From the NCBI GenBank assembly GCA_002310055.1, contig DBXS01000011.1:1-60721 (forward strand): a DNA stretch of 60,721 nucleotides, written 5' to 3'. Shown here in pieces: positions 18,652-27,905 of this stretch. The notes under the pieces are model-generated. The model saw nothing but the letters and a program-made list of their open reading frames with translations, was not told the DNA's origin and made no database searches. Made by a program: the position numbers and the translations under genes. Origin of the DNA: Clostridiales bacterium UBA1206. Lineage in GTDB: Bacteria > Bacillota > Clostridia > Oscillospirales > CAG-382. Every line of letters starts with the position of its first letter. The first letter of the stretch is position 1.

Positions 18652-18667
18652 GTGACAAATTCGGTAC
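18652..18667 (-). promoter_or_regulatory. GTACC-N6-GGTAC-like site, copy C
   Basis: Minus strand GTACC-gaattt-GTCAC, 11 nt before TATAAT (18635-18640) with TG extension. Confidence 0.6.
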
Positions 18668-18743
18668 ATGGATTTAGGCGGAGAAAGGAGACCCTTTTAG
18701 TGATTGGCAAATATCGGCGATACTAAAAATGCGAGTATTATGT

Positions 18744-18770
18744 AAAAGCACTGCTATTTGCAGCGCTTTT
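18744..18770. terminator. Terminator after the WYL-glycosylase-nuclease operon
   Basis: AAAAGCACTGC-tattt-GCAGCGCTTTT. Confidence 0.7.
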
Positions 18771-18812
18771 ATTTATGAAGGTGTATATGTGACTAAATCA
18801 GACTTTGAAATA

Positions 18813-19670
18813 TTAGAGTTCTATTTGTTTGGGTTTGATTTCTTTTTCAAAACCATCCATAACATCATTCTCATAGTAATACAATCTCAATTCAATGCTA
18901 TTGTCTTTGCAGATTCTTTGTACGACTTCTGATTTGAATACTGCTTTTATTTCAGAAGCGAGATCATCGTAGTCAAACAACTCTTTCCCTGCTTTTTTAG
19001 GCTTAAAATATACGTAAGAAAAAACTTTTCTTTTTTCTTTATCTGAATAGTTAATAATGCCTATTAAGTGTGTTATAAACTGCTTAAGATCAAATAGTCT
19101 AATTTCTTCTATCCCAAATTTGTCTGTGGGTATATTATTTGAATCTCTGAAAATGCCCCATTTGTTAAGATAGTTTATATCATATTGAATCGACAACTTT
19201 TTGGCCTTTTCATCAAATATTTCATGGCATTTAAATTCGAAAAAATAATAAGAATTATCAGTTTCAATAAAAGCATCCATCTGTGGATTTGTACCAGAAA
19301 TGTCATATACTTTAAGATCTTTCTCAAATTCAAACGGCTTGATTTGAGATTCTGTTACTTCAAAGTCTCTGATTGATGCATTGCGCAGAGACAAATAACA
19401 AAACCGACTTGAAGAAGCAACCGATGCCATTTTCGGCGGAGTACCGATAAGCTCGCTTCCTTTTCCGCGAGAATAGCTCGCATAGATGCTTGGATATTCT
19501 TCTTTCATCACTTTGCATAACTTATTAAATTCGCTGTTTGAATAATACATATCATATTTATGATACTTTTTATCATTATTTGGCAATAAACAATAGCCAA
19601 ACATGCTTGGATTACCGATAGCGTCTTTAATAATACGGTCAAATAGATCTTTCTTTTTCATAGTCTTCAT
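18813..19670 (-). CDS. Putative PD-(D/E)XK restriction-endonuclease-like protein (PGN_0703-like)
   Basis: PKMASVASSSRFCY, FEKDL, PQMDAF...FFEFKCHE; very AT-rich; alternative start 19682. Confidence 0.72.
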   Translation of the reverse strand: MKTMKKKDLFDRIIKDAIGNPSMFGYCLLPNNDKKYHKYDMYYSNSEFNKLCKVMKEEYPSIYASYSRGKGSELIGTPPKMASVASSSRFCYLSLRNASIRDFEVTESQIKPFEFEKDLKVYDISGTNPQMDAFIETDNSYYFFEFKCHEIFDEKAKKLSIQYDINYLNKWGIFRDSNNIPTDKFGIEEIRLFDLKQFITHLIGIINYSDKEKRKVFSYVYFKPKKAGKELFDYDDLASEIKAVFKSEVVQRICKDNSIELRLYYYENDVMDGFEKEIKPKQIEL

Positions 19671-19683
19671 AATTCCTTTCATT

Positions 19684-20217
19684 TTATTTGTTAATTGTTA
19701 TGTTTTTCTTTGATATTTTTATTTCTTTTTCCCAATCGCTTTTCTTAAGGCGCACATTAGCCCCGCTTGTTGACGGAACATATTTACAGGGAACTACTAT
19801 CTGTAGATTCTTATCATTTTCCGCTTTTCTTCTTTTGAATTCTTTATACGCCTTTTTGCCTGCGATAAGTACGGTTTTTATCATCGGATACTCTTTGAGA
19901 AATCCGGCAATATCGTTTGTAACGCCATCCTTAATGTTTTTATCGAGGCTTTTTTCACGATCCACGCTTTTAAACAGATCCCAAAGCGCGATGTGATGCC
20001 GTTTGAGCAAGCTGTCTTTTTGCTTGTTTGTTTCAGGCTTTGGCTCGCCGTATATACTTGCTATTAAAGGCCAAAATCTGTTTCTGTTGTTTGCGTAGTA
20101 TTCGCCGGTTTTCAGCGATTCTTCCCCCGGGAACGTACCAAGTATCAGTATTTCCGGATCGTCGAACACTTTTGGCGGTAGCCCTTCTTTTCTGTAATCG
20201 TTAATCATATTTGTCAT
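19684..20217 (-). CDS. UDG-superfamily DNA glycosylase (hypoxanthine/deoxyinosine glycosylase-like)
   Basis: ILILGTFPGEESL...YYANNRNRFW, IALWD, PSTSGAN; ATGA overlap with the WYL gene. Confidence 0.9.
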   Translation of the reverse strand: MTNMINDYRKEGLPPKVFDDPEILILGTFPGEESLKTGEYYANNRNRFWPLIASIYGEPKPETNKQKDSLLKRHHIALWDLFKSVDREKSLDKNIKDGVTNDIAGFLKEYPMIKTVLIAGKKAYKEFKRRKAENDKNLQIVVPCKYVPSTSGANVRLKKSDWEKEIKISKKNITINK

Positions 20218-21194
20218 TTATACTTCTCCTCAGCCCTTTTTATATTCTCCCTTATCTTATCCCGCAGCGCGGCGGGGGAAGTGATCTCGATGTAATTGAG
20301 GTACTGCATCGCCCAGTACTCCATTGCGTCGACGCTCGCCGTGACGCGGACGCTGACCTTATCTTCGCCGCACTTGGCGATGACGGCGCCGGCGCCGAAC
20401 CAGTCGACGATATTGTCGACTATCTGACTTTCGGCGGTGAACTCGACTGGTTCAAAGTGTTCGGCGTACATATACGGCATCGCGGACGAGATCAGCTTGA
20501 AATCTATGCCGTTTTCGTATCCCTTAATAGACTTCAGCGGCAGCGCTTTCACGTCGTTTATCTTCATTTTTGTAATGTGGTCCAGCCGGTAGAACGCCAT
20601 CCTGTGCCAGTATTCGGTGTACGCCATCAAATAATAGCGCTGATTGTGCAGTATGAGCTGATACGGTGACACGCGGGCGAACGACGACTTGTGCAGCTTT
20701 TTGTCGACGCCGTATTTGTTGTATTCGAACTGGATCTGCAGGCCCTTTTCTATCGCCTCGTCGATAAGCTCGATGTTGAGGAACACCGCCATATTGTCGG
20801 TCTTGCTCCAGTCGTTGACCGAATAGACGTGCTTTATGTGGGAGCGGAAGAATTTGTTCGAAAGCCTGCTCAGGCGTTCGATCAGGTCCTTGGAATAGCT
20901 CGCCGTGATGTGCTTGCTCGAAAGCACGCCGTCGATCAGCAGGCGCAGCTCGGCGTCGTCGAAATCGCGGGAGGCGAGATAACTGCCGGTCCGCGACGAT
21001 TCGATATCGTAACCCGCCTCTTTGAGCAGGGAAATGTTGCGTCCGATCGACTTGCGCTCGACCTCTATGCCGTAGTCGCGCTTTAAGATAACGGCGATTT
21101 CTTCCTGCGTGAGCGGATGGTCGGCGTCGCTGCATTCGTGGAGTATCTGAAATATGCGTATGAGAGCCAGCTTTTTGGATTCGACGGTATACAT
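20214..21194 (-). CDS. wHTH-WYL-WCX transcriptional regulator
   Basis: N-terminal wHTH (SDADHPLTQEEI...ERKSIGRNISLL), VSPYQL...RYYLMA...FYRLDHI, C-terminal PAALRDKI; GGGAGG RBS before ATG 21194. Confidence 0.93.
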   Translation of the reverse strand: MYTVESKKLALIRIFQILHECSDADHPLTQEEIAVILKRDYGIEVERKSIGRNISLLKEAGYDIESSRTGSYLASRDFDDAELRLLIDGVLSSKHITASYSKDLIERLSRLSNKFFRSHIKHVYSVNDWSKTDNMAVFLNIELIDEAIEKGLQIQFEYNKYGVDKKLHKSSFARVSPYQLILHNQRYYLMAYTEYWHRMAFYRLDHITKMKINDVKALPLKSIKGYENGIDFKLISSAMPYMYAEHFEPVEFTAESQIVDNIVDWFGAGAVIAKCGEDKVSVRVTASVDAMEYWAMQYLNYIEITSPAALRDKIRENIKRAEEKYK

Positions 21195-21225
21195 TTTTTC
21201 CTCCCGGTTATGTTTTATCAAAGAC

Positions 21226-21254
21226 ATTGTACCAAATCCGGTACGCCGTGTCAA
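21226..21254 (-). promoter_or_regulatory. WYL promoter with overlapping perfect GTACC-N6-GGTAC palindrome (copy D)
   Basis: TTGACA(21249-21254)-17-TACAAT(21226-21231); GTACC-aaatcc-GGTAC at 21229-21244. Confidence 0.8.
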
Positions 21255-21353
21255 GTACGAACTGCGGGAACAAAGGATCAAAAAAACGACCGCCCCGCAA
21301 ACCGCAATTTCGGTATGCAAGGCGGTGATTGTTTGGTATTTACGTTTTGAGAA

Positions 21354-22586
21354 TCACTCGGTTTCGCTTATATAAATATTATCGGTCACATTTTCAATTA
21401 TTATATAGCAGGAATTATCGCTATCTTGAACTGCGTTGAACGTAACACCATTCATAGTAGCTTTATAATTACCACTTAGACAAATGCATATCTTTATCGA
21501 CATCCCTCGTAAGTCCGGTTCTTGATTAATAAAAATGAAATTATTGTCCGGATAATCATAAACATCTGTATTGTTTTCTACGTTAGCTAAGAATATGATT
21601 CTTGGAAATGAGGTTTCACCGGATTCTTCGCCCGGTGTATCGCTCGATTCTTCTGCGCTTTGCTCGGGAATACTGGAATTGTCGCTGCTTGTGTTCATTG
21701 CGGTTTCTTTGTCTTCGTCAGAAGCGATAATAATTTTATTACAAGGGATTGTCGCAAACGTGAAAAGCACTGCGTCGATTTGTGTGGGGAGTTTTTCGCA
21801 TAACAACGTGACCGTGTATGTTGCCGGGTCAATTTGCTCCCATTTATTATTATACAACTTGAAATATGAAATATCTAAGTCGTAATCAAATGGAGTTGTG
21901 TTGTTGTATTTAGTAAGTTTAATCGTTGTTGTCCCGGCTACATAGTCTATAAAAATGGAATATTGATTCTCTATTGCATATGAAACATCAGGTTCGTTAT
22001 ATACGTCGCCTGATGAAGCAGAAGTGCCGGCGAGACTAACTGACGAAACAAACACCATAGTATCGCCGAGGTTCGGCTGGGAGGCGATTTCCAGCGTTTT
22101 GCCGCCTAAAGAAACGAATGCTTTATCGTCGTGTTGATTAAGCCGGGGCTCCTGACCGAAGATCTCAGCGAGCGCGGACGAAAGCGCGTCGCTCATTTCC
22201 AATCCGGTTTCTCCCTCGATCAAATAAGAATCATCCACCGCGACTCCTATTATTTCGCCGTCTTCAAGCGATCGATTCAGCGAACCTTCGGGCGCGTCCT
22301 TCAGTTCGCCGTTTGCGCAGATGAAGTAAAACGGGCCGTTTTCAAATTTGCTGACAACATACACGTCGCTGCCGCCCGCGCCGGTCTGCGCGGCGGTATT
22401 TACCGCGAAAGCAGTCAGCGCGCCGCGCGCTTCCTGAAGCGCCGCGCTGTGTTTTGCCCTTTGTATGATGCCGGAAAAAGCGGGGATGAGCACCGCGGCG
22501 AGAAGTGCGATCACGGCTATTACTATCACAAGCTCGACCAGTGTGAATCCGCGTTTGTGCTCACGTGGCTTTTTATCAAAGCTCAT
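21354..22586 (-). CDS. Type IV pilin-like / prepilin N-methylation domain protein
   Basis: KRGFTLVELVIVIAVIALLAAVLIP class III signal; GGAGG RBS; long variable C-terminus. Confidence 0.88.
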   Translation of the reverse strand: MSFDKKPREHKRGFTLVELVIVIAVIALLAAVLIPAFSGIIQRAKHSAALQEARGALTAFAVNTAAQTGAGGSDVYVVSKFENGPFYFICANGELKDAPEGSLNRSLEDGEIIGVAVDDSYLIEGETGLEMSDALSSALAEIFGQEPRLNQHDDKAFVSLGGKTLEIASQPNLGDTMVFVSSVSLAGTSASSGDVYNEPDVSYAIENQYSIFIDYVAGTTTIKLTKYNNTTPFDYDLDISYFKLYNNKWEQIDPATYTVTLLCEKLPTQIDAVLFTFATIPCNKIIIASDEDKETAMNTSSDNSSIPEQSAEESSDTPGEESGETSFPRIIFLANVENNTDVYDYPDNNFIFINQEPDLRGMSIKICICLSGNYKATMNGVTFNAVQDSDNSCYIIIENVTDNIYISETE

Positions 22587-22690
22587 TTGTCTTATTCCTC
22601 CAACGATTGATAGCTTTAATGTATAATACTTTTCTCCAAAAGTCAACATTTTTTATTATAAAAACGTCAAAAACCGGGAAAATACGCAAA

Positions 22691-22716
22691 AAAAGCGCCG
22701 CTTATGCGGCGCTTTT
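22691..22716 (-). terminator. Terminator after tRNA-Lys
   Basis: AAAAGCGCCGC-ttat-GCGGCGCTTTT with longer U-tract on the minus strand. Confidence 0.8.
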
Positions 22717-22719
22717 CGC

Positions 22720-22795
22720 TGGTGATCCACCGGAGAATCGAACTCCGGACACCATGATTAAAAGTCATGTGCTCTACCGGCTGAGCTAGTGGATC
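22720..22795 (-). tRNA. tRNA-Lys(TTT)
   Basis: GATCCAC/GTGGATC acceptor stem, CATGA-ctTTTaa-TCATG anticodon arm, GTTCGA, encoded CCA. Confidence 0.97.
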
Positions 22796-22917
22796 ATTTC
22801 TCGACAGCCTCAATAGAATAACACAACAGATTCGATTTGTCAAGAACTTTTTTTGGGTTTGGCGCAAAAAGTTGCACAATAAACCGGGCGAAAAACTTGG
22901 TTATTATATAAAACGGT

Positions 22918-23526
22918 TCAATAAAAGCGGAAAATGGCTATGACCTTGCCCAGAACTGTGACGTCGCGCGCGTAGATAGGGCTCATTGCGGGATTTTCCG
23001 GCTGAAGTCTTATGCGTCCTTTTTCGCGGAAGAAGCGTTTGACGGTCGCTTCGTCGTCTATCATCGCGACGACGATCTCGCCGTCTTCGGCGTACTGACG
23101 GCTTTCGACCACGACTATGTCGCCGTCGAGTATCCCTGCGTCTTTCATACTCTCGCCCATAACGCGCAGCGCGAACAGGTTGGCGTTGGTGACGCTCATA
23201 CTCGCGGGGTAATCCACGTAACCGTCGTAATTCTGTATGGCGGTTATGGGGAGGCCCGCAGTGACTTTGCCGAGCAGGGGAACGCGGATCATATTCTCGC
23301 CGCCCGAAAAACGGGTGTGCTCCAGCGCGACGGCCCTCGATTTGCCGTCGTTTTTGCGGATATACCCTTTTTCGTTCAGCTTTCTGAGATACGAATGCGC
23401 GGTGGAGGTGGATTTTATGCCGAGCGAAGCGCAGATGTCGCGCACCGAAGGCGCGTAGCCTTCGTTTTCGATAGTCTGCTGCACAAAGTCGAGTACGCGC
23501 TGCTCTTTTGTAGTGAGTTCGTTCAT
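22918..23526 (-). CDS. lexA: SOS repressor LexA
   Basis: GYAPSVRDIC wHTH, VTAG cleavage site, GESM catalytic Ser, ATVKR catalytic Lys. Confidence 0.97.
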   Translation of the reverse strand: MNELTTKEQRVLDFVQQTIENEGYAPSVRDICASLGIKSTSTAHSYLRKLNEKGYIRKNDGKSRAVALEHTRFSGGENMIRVPLLGKVTAGLPITAIQNYDGYVDYPASMSVTNANLFALRVMGESMKDAGILDGDIVVVESRQYAEDGEIVVAMIDDEATVKRFFREKGRIRLQPENPAMSPIYARDVTVLGKVIAIFRFY

Positions 23527-23924
23527 TTCGTTTCCTCCGTTTCTGCAGGGAAGCACAGTTCGAACAACTGCTTTGCCCTTGCTTCCTGATTACTTACATA
23601 CAGCCAACCGAAAAGCGTTTCCAGTCCGGTGGCGCGGTGATATTCGTTGCTGCCCGCCGAACGCGGCGTGTGATTGGTCTTTGCGTTGCGCCCGCGCTTG
23701 TATATCGCTTCTTCCTCTTCGGTGAGCAGCGGAGTCAGCCGGTCAACCGCGGAAGATTGCGACACGGCGGTCACGAACTTTTTTGCTTTGCCGAAAAGTT
23801 CGGAAATATTGCAGTTCCCGCCGTTGACTATGCGGTCGCGCACCAGCAGTTCAAAATACGAATCGCCGATATACGCCAGCACGAGCGGCGAATAGCCGCC
23901 GGCTTTTTTCAGATTCTCTTCCAT
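23523..23924 (-). CDS. mrnC: Mini-ribonuclease III
   Basis: LAYIGDS, KRGRNAK, ATGLETLFGWLY; follows cysS. Confidence 0.95.
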   Translation of the reverse strand: MEENLKKAGGYSPLVLAYIGDSYFELLVRDRIVNGGNCNISELFGKAKKFVTAVSQSSAVDRLTPLLTEEEEAIYKRGRNAKTNHTPRSAGSNEYHRATGLETLFGWLYVSNQEARAKQLFELCFPAETEETK

Positions 23925-25324
23925 TTCGGTCCCTGCGGCGTGTCTTCGACAATAATGCCGCGATCTTTCAGAATATTTCTTATCTCGTCGGCGCGCGCCC
24001 AGTTTTTGTCTTTTTTCGCCTGAGTGCGTTCGGCGAGCATCGCCTCGATCTCGGCTTCTTCGCCAGAAAGTTCTTTGGGCTCCTGTTCGGGGACGCGTTT
24101 CTTTTCGGCGTGTGCGAGCAGATCGAGCGAAAGCACTTTGTCGAACGACGCTATGAGCGCAAGCTTGGTCGCGCCGTTGATATCCGCCTTTATCACGTCG
24201 TACAGCGCGGTGACCGCAAGCGAAGTGTTGAGGTCGTTATCCAACGCTTCGCGGAACTTTGAATCGTATTTTTCGTACGCTTCTGTGTCGATTTCTCCGT
24301 CAGGCGCTATTTGGGCGATCCTGGCAACGAGTTTATCGTACGATACGGCGGCGTTTTCCATGGCCGACCAGGAAAAGACCAGCACTTTGCGGTAATGGGA
24401 CATCAGGCAGAAGTACCTGTACACCATTGGATCGAAGCCTTTTTCCTTGAGCAGGGAAACGGTGAGGAATTCGCCCTTGGATTTGGACATCTTGCCGGTC
24501 TCGTCGTTGAGATGGCGCACGTGGAACCAAAGGTCGCACCAGTGGTGACCCAGATACGATTCGCTTTGCGCGATCTCGTTGGTGTGGTGTGGGAACGCGT
24601 TGTCTATGCCGCCGCAGTGGATATCCAGATGCGGACCCAGCTCTTTCAAGCTGATGGCGGAGCATTCTATGTGCCAGCCGGGATAACCGACGCCCCAGGG
24701 GGAATCCCATTTGAGTTCCTGTGAATCGAATTTGGATTTGGTGAACCAAAGCGCAAAATCGTTCTTGTTGCGCTTGTTGGAGTCTTCGCCTACGCCTTCG
24801 CGCACGCCGACTTCGAGGTCTTCGGCGTTGTGCTTGGAAAACACGTAGTATTCGTCAAGCTTTGAAGTGTCGAAATAGACGTTGCCGCCCGCGGTATAGG
24901 CGTAGCCTTTTTCGAGCAGAACGGTGATCATTTCGATAAAATCGGCGATACGGGAAGTCGCGGGGACGACGGTGTCGGGCTTGCGGATATTGAGCTCTTT
25001 GCAGTCGGCGAAAAACGCGTCTTCGTAGAATTTTGCTATCTCCATCACCGTTTTCTTTTCGCGCTTGGCGCCGAGCAGCATCTTGTCTTCGCCGTCGTCG
25101 CTGTCACCGGTGAGGTGGCCTACGTCGGTGATGTTCATAACGCGCTTGACGTCGTAGCCAGAATAGCGCAGGTATTTTTCGAGCACGTCTTCGGCGATAT
25201 ACGTGCGCAGGTTGCCGATATGCGCAAAGTGATATACGGTAGGACCGCAGGTGTACATACGCACGGTGTTGTCCTGCGGGGCAAATTCGTCCTTGTTTCT
25301 TGTAAGCGAGTTGTAGAGTTTCAT
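23909..25324 (-). CDS. cysS: Cysteine--tRNA ligase
   Basis: CGPTVY, HIGN, PGWHIECS, KMSKS. Confidence 0.98.
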   Translation of the reverse strand: MKLYNSLTRNKDEFAPQDNTVRMYTCGPTVYHFAHIGNLRTYIAEDVLEKYLRYSGYDVKRVMNITDVGHLTGDSDDGEDKMLLGAKREKKTVMEIAKFYEDAFFADCKELNIRKPDTVVPATSRIADFIEMITVLLEKGYAYTAGGNVYFDTSKLDEYYVFSKHNAEDLEVGVREGVGEDSNKRNKNDFALWFTKSKFDSQELKWDSPWGVGYPGWHIECSAISLKELGPHLDIHCGGIDNAFPHHTNEIAQSESYLGHHWCDLWFHVRHLNDETGKMSKSKGEFLTVSLLKEKGFDPMVYRYFCLMSHYRKVLVFSWSAMENAAVSYDKLVARIAQIAPDGEIDTEAYEKYDSKFREALDNDLNTSLAVTALYDVIKADINGATKLALIASFDKVLSLDLLAHAEKKRVPEQEPKELSGEEAEIEAMLAERTQAKKDKNWARADEIRNILKDRGIIVEDTPQGPKWKRI

Positions 25325-25340
25325 AAAAGAATGCACCTTC

Positions 25341-25958
25341 TTATACGGTAGGGTCGATATATTTCCAGTATTCGCGTATATATGTGTACGCCGAAAACAG
25401 CGTGAACGCGGTCGTTACGATCATCAGTACGAGCGACACGAAACCTTCGCTTGGCAGCAGGAGCGGCTCGAGTATGACGACGATTATACACAGCATCTGC
25501 GAAACGGTCTTGATCTTGCCCCAGATGTTGGCGGGGATGGCGATCTGCTGTTCGCCCGACGCGACGACGAGGCGAAGGGAAGTGACCATCAGTTCGCGGA
25601 ACACGATGACTATCGACATCCAGAAAAACAGGTTTTTGAGCACTTTGGCCGACATTTCGGAATCAGCAGGGAAAATATAGCCCGAAAAGTTGATGGCGAT
25701 AAGCGCGGCGAACACCATAAATTTGTCGGCGAGCGGATCCATAAACTTGCCGAATCGCGTGACGAGCTTGCGGCTGCGGGCGATCCTCCCGTCGAGAAAA
25801 TCGGTGATCGCGGCGATTATGAAAATCGCGGCGGAAACGATACGCGCCCAGAATTCGTTGCCGTTGTCGAAGACCGGGTACACCATAAAGAAGACGAAAA
25901 ACGGTACGAGTATTCCGCGCAGGATGGTGAGTTTATTCGGCAGGTTGATCTTTCCCAT
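25341..25958 (-). CDS. pgsA: CDP-diacylglycerol--glycerol-3-phosphate 3-phosphatidyltransferase
   Basis: NLPNKLTILR, TDFLDGRIAR...GKFMDPLADK. Confidence 0.96.
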   Translation of the reverse strand: MGKINLPNKLTILRGILVPFFVFFMVYPVFDNGNEFWARIVSAAIFIIAAITDFLDGRIARSRKLVTRFGKFMDPLADKFMVFAALIAINFSGYIFPADSEMSAKVLKNLFFWMSIVIVFRELMVTSLRLVVASGEQQIAIPANIWGKIKTVSQMLCIIVVILEPLLLPSEGFVSLVLMIVTTAFTLFSAYTYIREYWKYIDPTV

Positions 25959-27297
25959 TTTCATCCTCCGTAAAGACCGCGCTGCCGATCAGATCGTAGT
26001 CGGCGGCCTCGTTTATCTTGATATTGACAAATTCTCCTTCTTTTACGTTGCGCGAAGATAAGAAATATATTTTCCCGTCGATGTCGGGGCAGTCGTATTC
26101 GCTCCTGCCGAAAAAGCATTCAGAAACGTTGTCGTATCCTTCGCATATGACTTTGAGAGTCTTGCCTATAAGTTGCTTGTTGTGCTTTGCGTGGATCTGT
26201 TTCTGGGCGCGCATTACGGCGTCGCAGCGCTTTTTCTTGACCTTTTCGGGCACCTGATCCGGAAAACCGGAGGCGGGGGTGTCTTCCTCGCAGGAGTATT
26301 CAAATACGCCCAGCCGTTCGAATTCGGTATCCTTGACGAACTGCAGCAGTTCGGCAAACTGTCCGTCGGTCTCGCCGGGGAAACCGGTTATGAGCGAGGT
26401 GCGCAGAGCGATCCCCGGAACGGCGGCGCGCAGTTTGGCTATGACGCCCTTTATGAGCGCGGAATTGCCGCGGCGGTTCATACGGCGAAGGATATCGTCG
26501 TTGATGTGCTGAATGGGCATATCTATGTATTTAACCACTTTGGGGTTTTCGGCTATGGTCTTGATAAGACCGTCGGTGATCTTTTCGGGATAGCAGTAAA
26601 GGACGCGGATCCATTCGATGCCGTCGATTTCGGAAAGCGAATCGAGCAGCGCGTCGAGGCACGGCGAGCCGTAGATGTCGGCGCCGTAATTGGTGGTATC
26701 CTGCGCGACGAGGCATATCTCTTTTACGCCTATCGCCGCCAGATCCTGAGCTTCCGTGATTATCTCGCTCATTTCGCGGCTGCGGTATTTGCCGCGCAAC
26801 TTGGGTATTATGCAGTAGGTGCAGTTGTTGCTGCAGCCTTCGGCGATCTGTATATAAGCGAAATGTTCGGGAGTCGTCACGACTCGGTCGCCTCCGAGCG
26901 GAGTGCGGCATGGATCGTCGAGCTTGAAATGCTTTGCGCCCTCGTATGCGTCCTTTACGGCGTTCACTACGTCGTCGTATGCTCCGGTGCCGATGACCGC
27001 GTCAACCTCGGGCATTTCGTCGAATATCTCTTTGCCGTACCGCTGCGCAAGACAGCCGGCGACAACTATGCCTTTGAGATTGCGGTTCTTCTTGAGCCAG
27101 GCGATATCGAGTATGTTGTCGATCGCTTCCTGCTTGGCCGACTGTATGAACGCGCAGGTGTTTATCACCATAACGTCGGCGTCTATATCTTCCGCCACGA
27201 CGTCAAAGCCGGCGGCGGCGCACTGCGCGATCATCGTTTCGGTATTTATAAGGTTCTTCGGGCAGCCCAAAGACACGAATCCGACTTTTATGGCCAT
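25933..27297 (-). CDS. rimO: Ribosomal protein S12 methylthiotransferase
   Basis: SLGCPKN, NTCAFI, CSNNCTYC radical-SAM motif, PDIDG TRAM domain. Confidence 0.96.
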   Translation of the reverse strand: MAIKVGFVSLGCPKNLINTETMIAQCAAAGFDVVAEDIDADVMVINTCAFIQSAKQEAIDNILDIAWLKKNRNLKGIVVAGCLAQRYGKEIFDEMPEVDAVIGTGAYDDVVNAVKDAYEGAKHFKLDDPCRTPLGGDRVVTTPEHFAYIQIAEGCSNNCTYCIIPKLRGKYRSREMSEIITEAQDLAAIGVKEICLVAQDTTNYGADIYGSPCLDALLDSLSEIDGIEWIRVLYCYPEKITDGLIKTIAENPKVVKYIDMPIQHINDDILRRMNRRGNSALIKGVIAKLRAAVPGIALRTSLITGFPGETDGQFAELLQFVKDTEFERLGVFEYSCEEDTPASGFPDQVPEKVKKKRCDAVMRAQKQIHAKHNKQLIGKTLKVICEGYDNVSECFFGRSEYDCPDIDGKIYFLSSRNVKEGEFVNIKINEAADYDLIGSAVFTEDENGKDQPAE

Positions 27298-27299
27298 GA

Positions 27300-27905
27300 T
27301 TACTCCTTTGAATATTCGGCGAGCGCGGGTTTTATTTCGTCCCAGTCCCAGCCGAGTCTGTAAAGCTTCGCGCCGTATGCCGAAACCGCTTTGGGTGTTG
27401 AAAGATCGGCTTTGGGCGCTGTTTTTTCTATAAGTTCGCGTAAGTTGCAGCGCATCGATTCCACGTCGAGCGAATCGCAGGCGGCAGATATATCTTCGCG
27501 TTTGAATCCTTTTGTATAAAGGTACTGCGCGATGCGTTTGACGCCCCACAGCCGCGTGCGCGCAAGCTCGGATGCGTAACGTTCGGCGAGCGAGGCGTCG
27601 TCGATATAGCCCTTGTCTCTAAGCATATTGACCACGGTGTCGATAACACGCGGCTCGAACTTGCCTTTTAGCTTTTCCCTGAGCTTGCGTTCCGAAAGGT
27701 CGCCGTACGAAAGATAGTTTTCGCTTTTCTTTATACAGGCGAGTTTATCGGCGCAGAACGCCAGCTTTTCCGGGTCGGCGCAAGCGGTCTGCGCGATATC
27801 CAGAGCGAGGAAATCCGATTCGGTTATTACGAACGTGCCGCCGCATTCAACGGTTATTTCGTGCTTTGCCTGATCGGCCGATACGGACGTTACGGGCAGC
27901 TGCAT
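27300..27905 (-). CDS. recX: Regulatory protein RecX
   Basis: SERKLREKL, GYIDD..AERY, WGVKRI..L..KG; overlaps the recA stop. Confidence 0.88.
   Translation of the reverse strand: MQLPVTSVSADQAKHEITVECGGTFVITESDFLALDIAQTACADPEKLAFCADKLACIKKSENYLSYGDLSERKLREKLKGKFEPRVIDTVVNMLRDKGYIDDASLAERYASELARTRLWGVKRIAQYLYTKGFKREDISAACDSLDVESMRCNLRELIEKTAPKADLSTPKAVSAYGAKLYRLGWDWDEIKPALAEYSKE

Noticed and set aside
22720-22760. tRNA-Lys 3' end as att site for the left-hand island
   Set aside because: No duplicate of the tRNA 3' end and no tyrosine integrase found in the window; adjacency alone is insufficient
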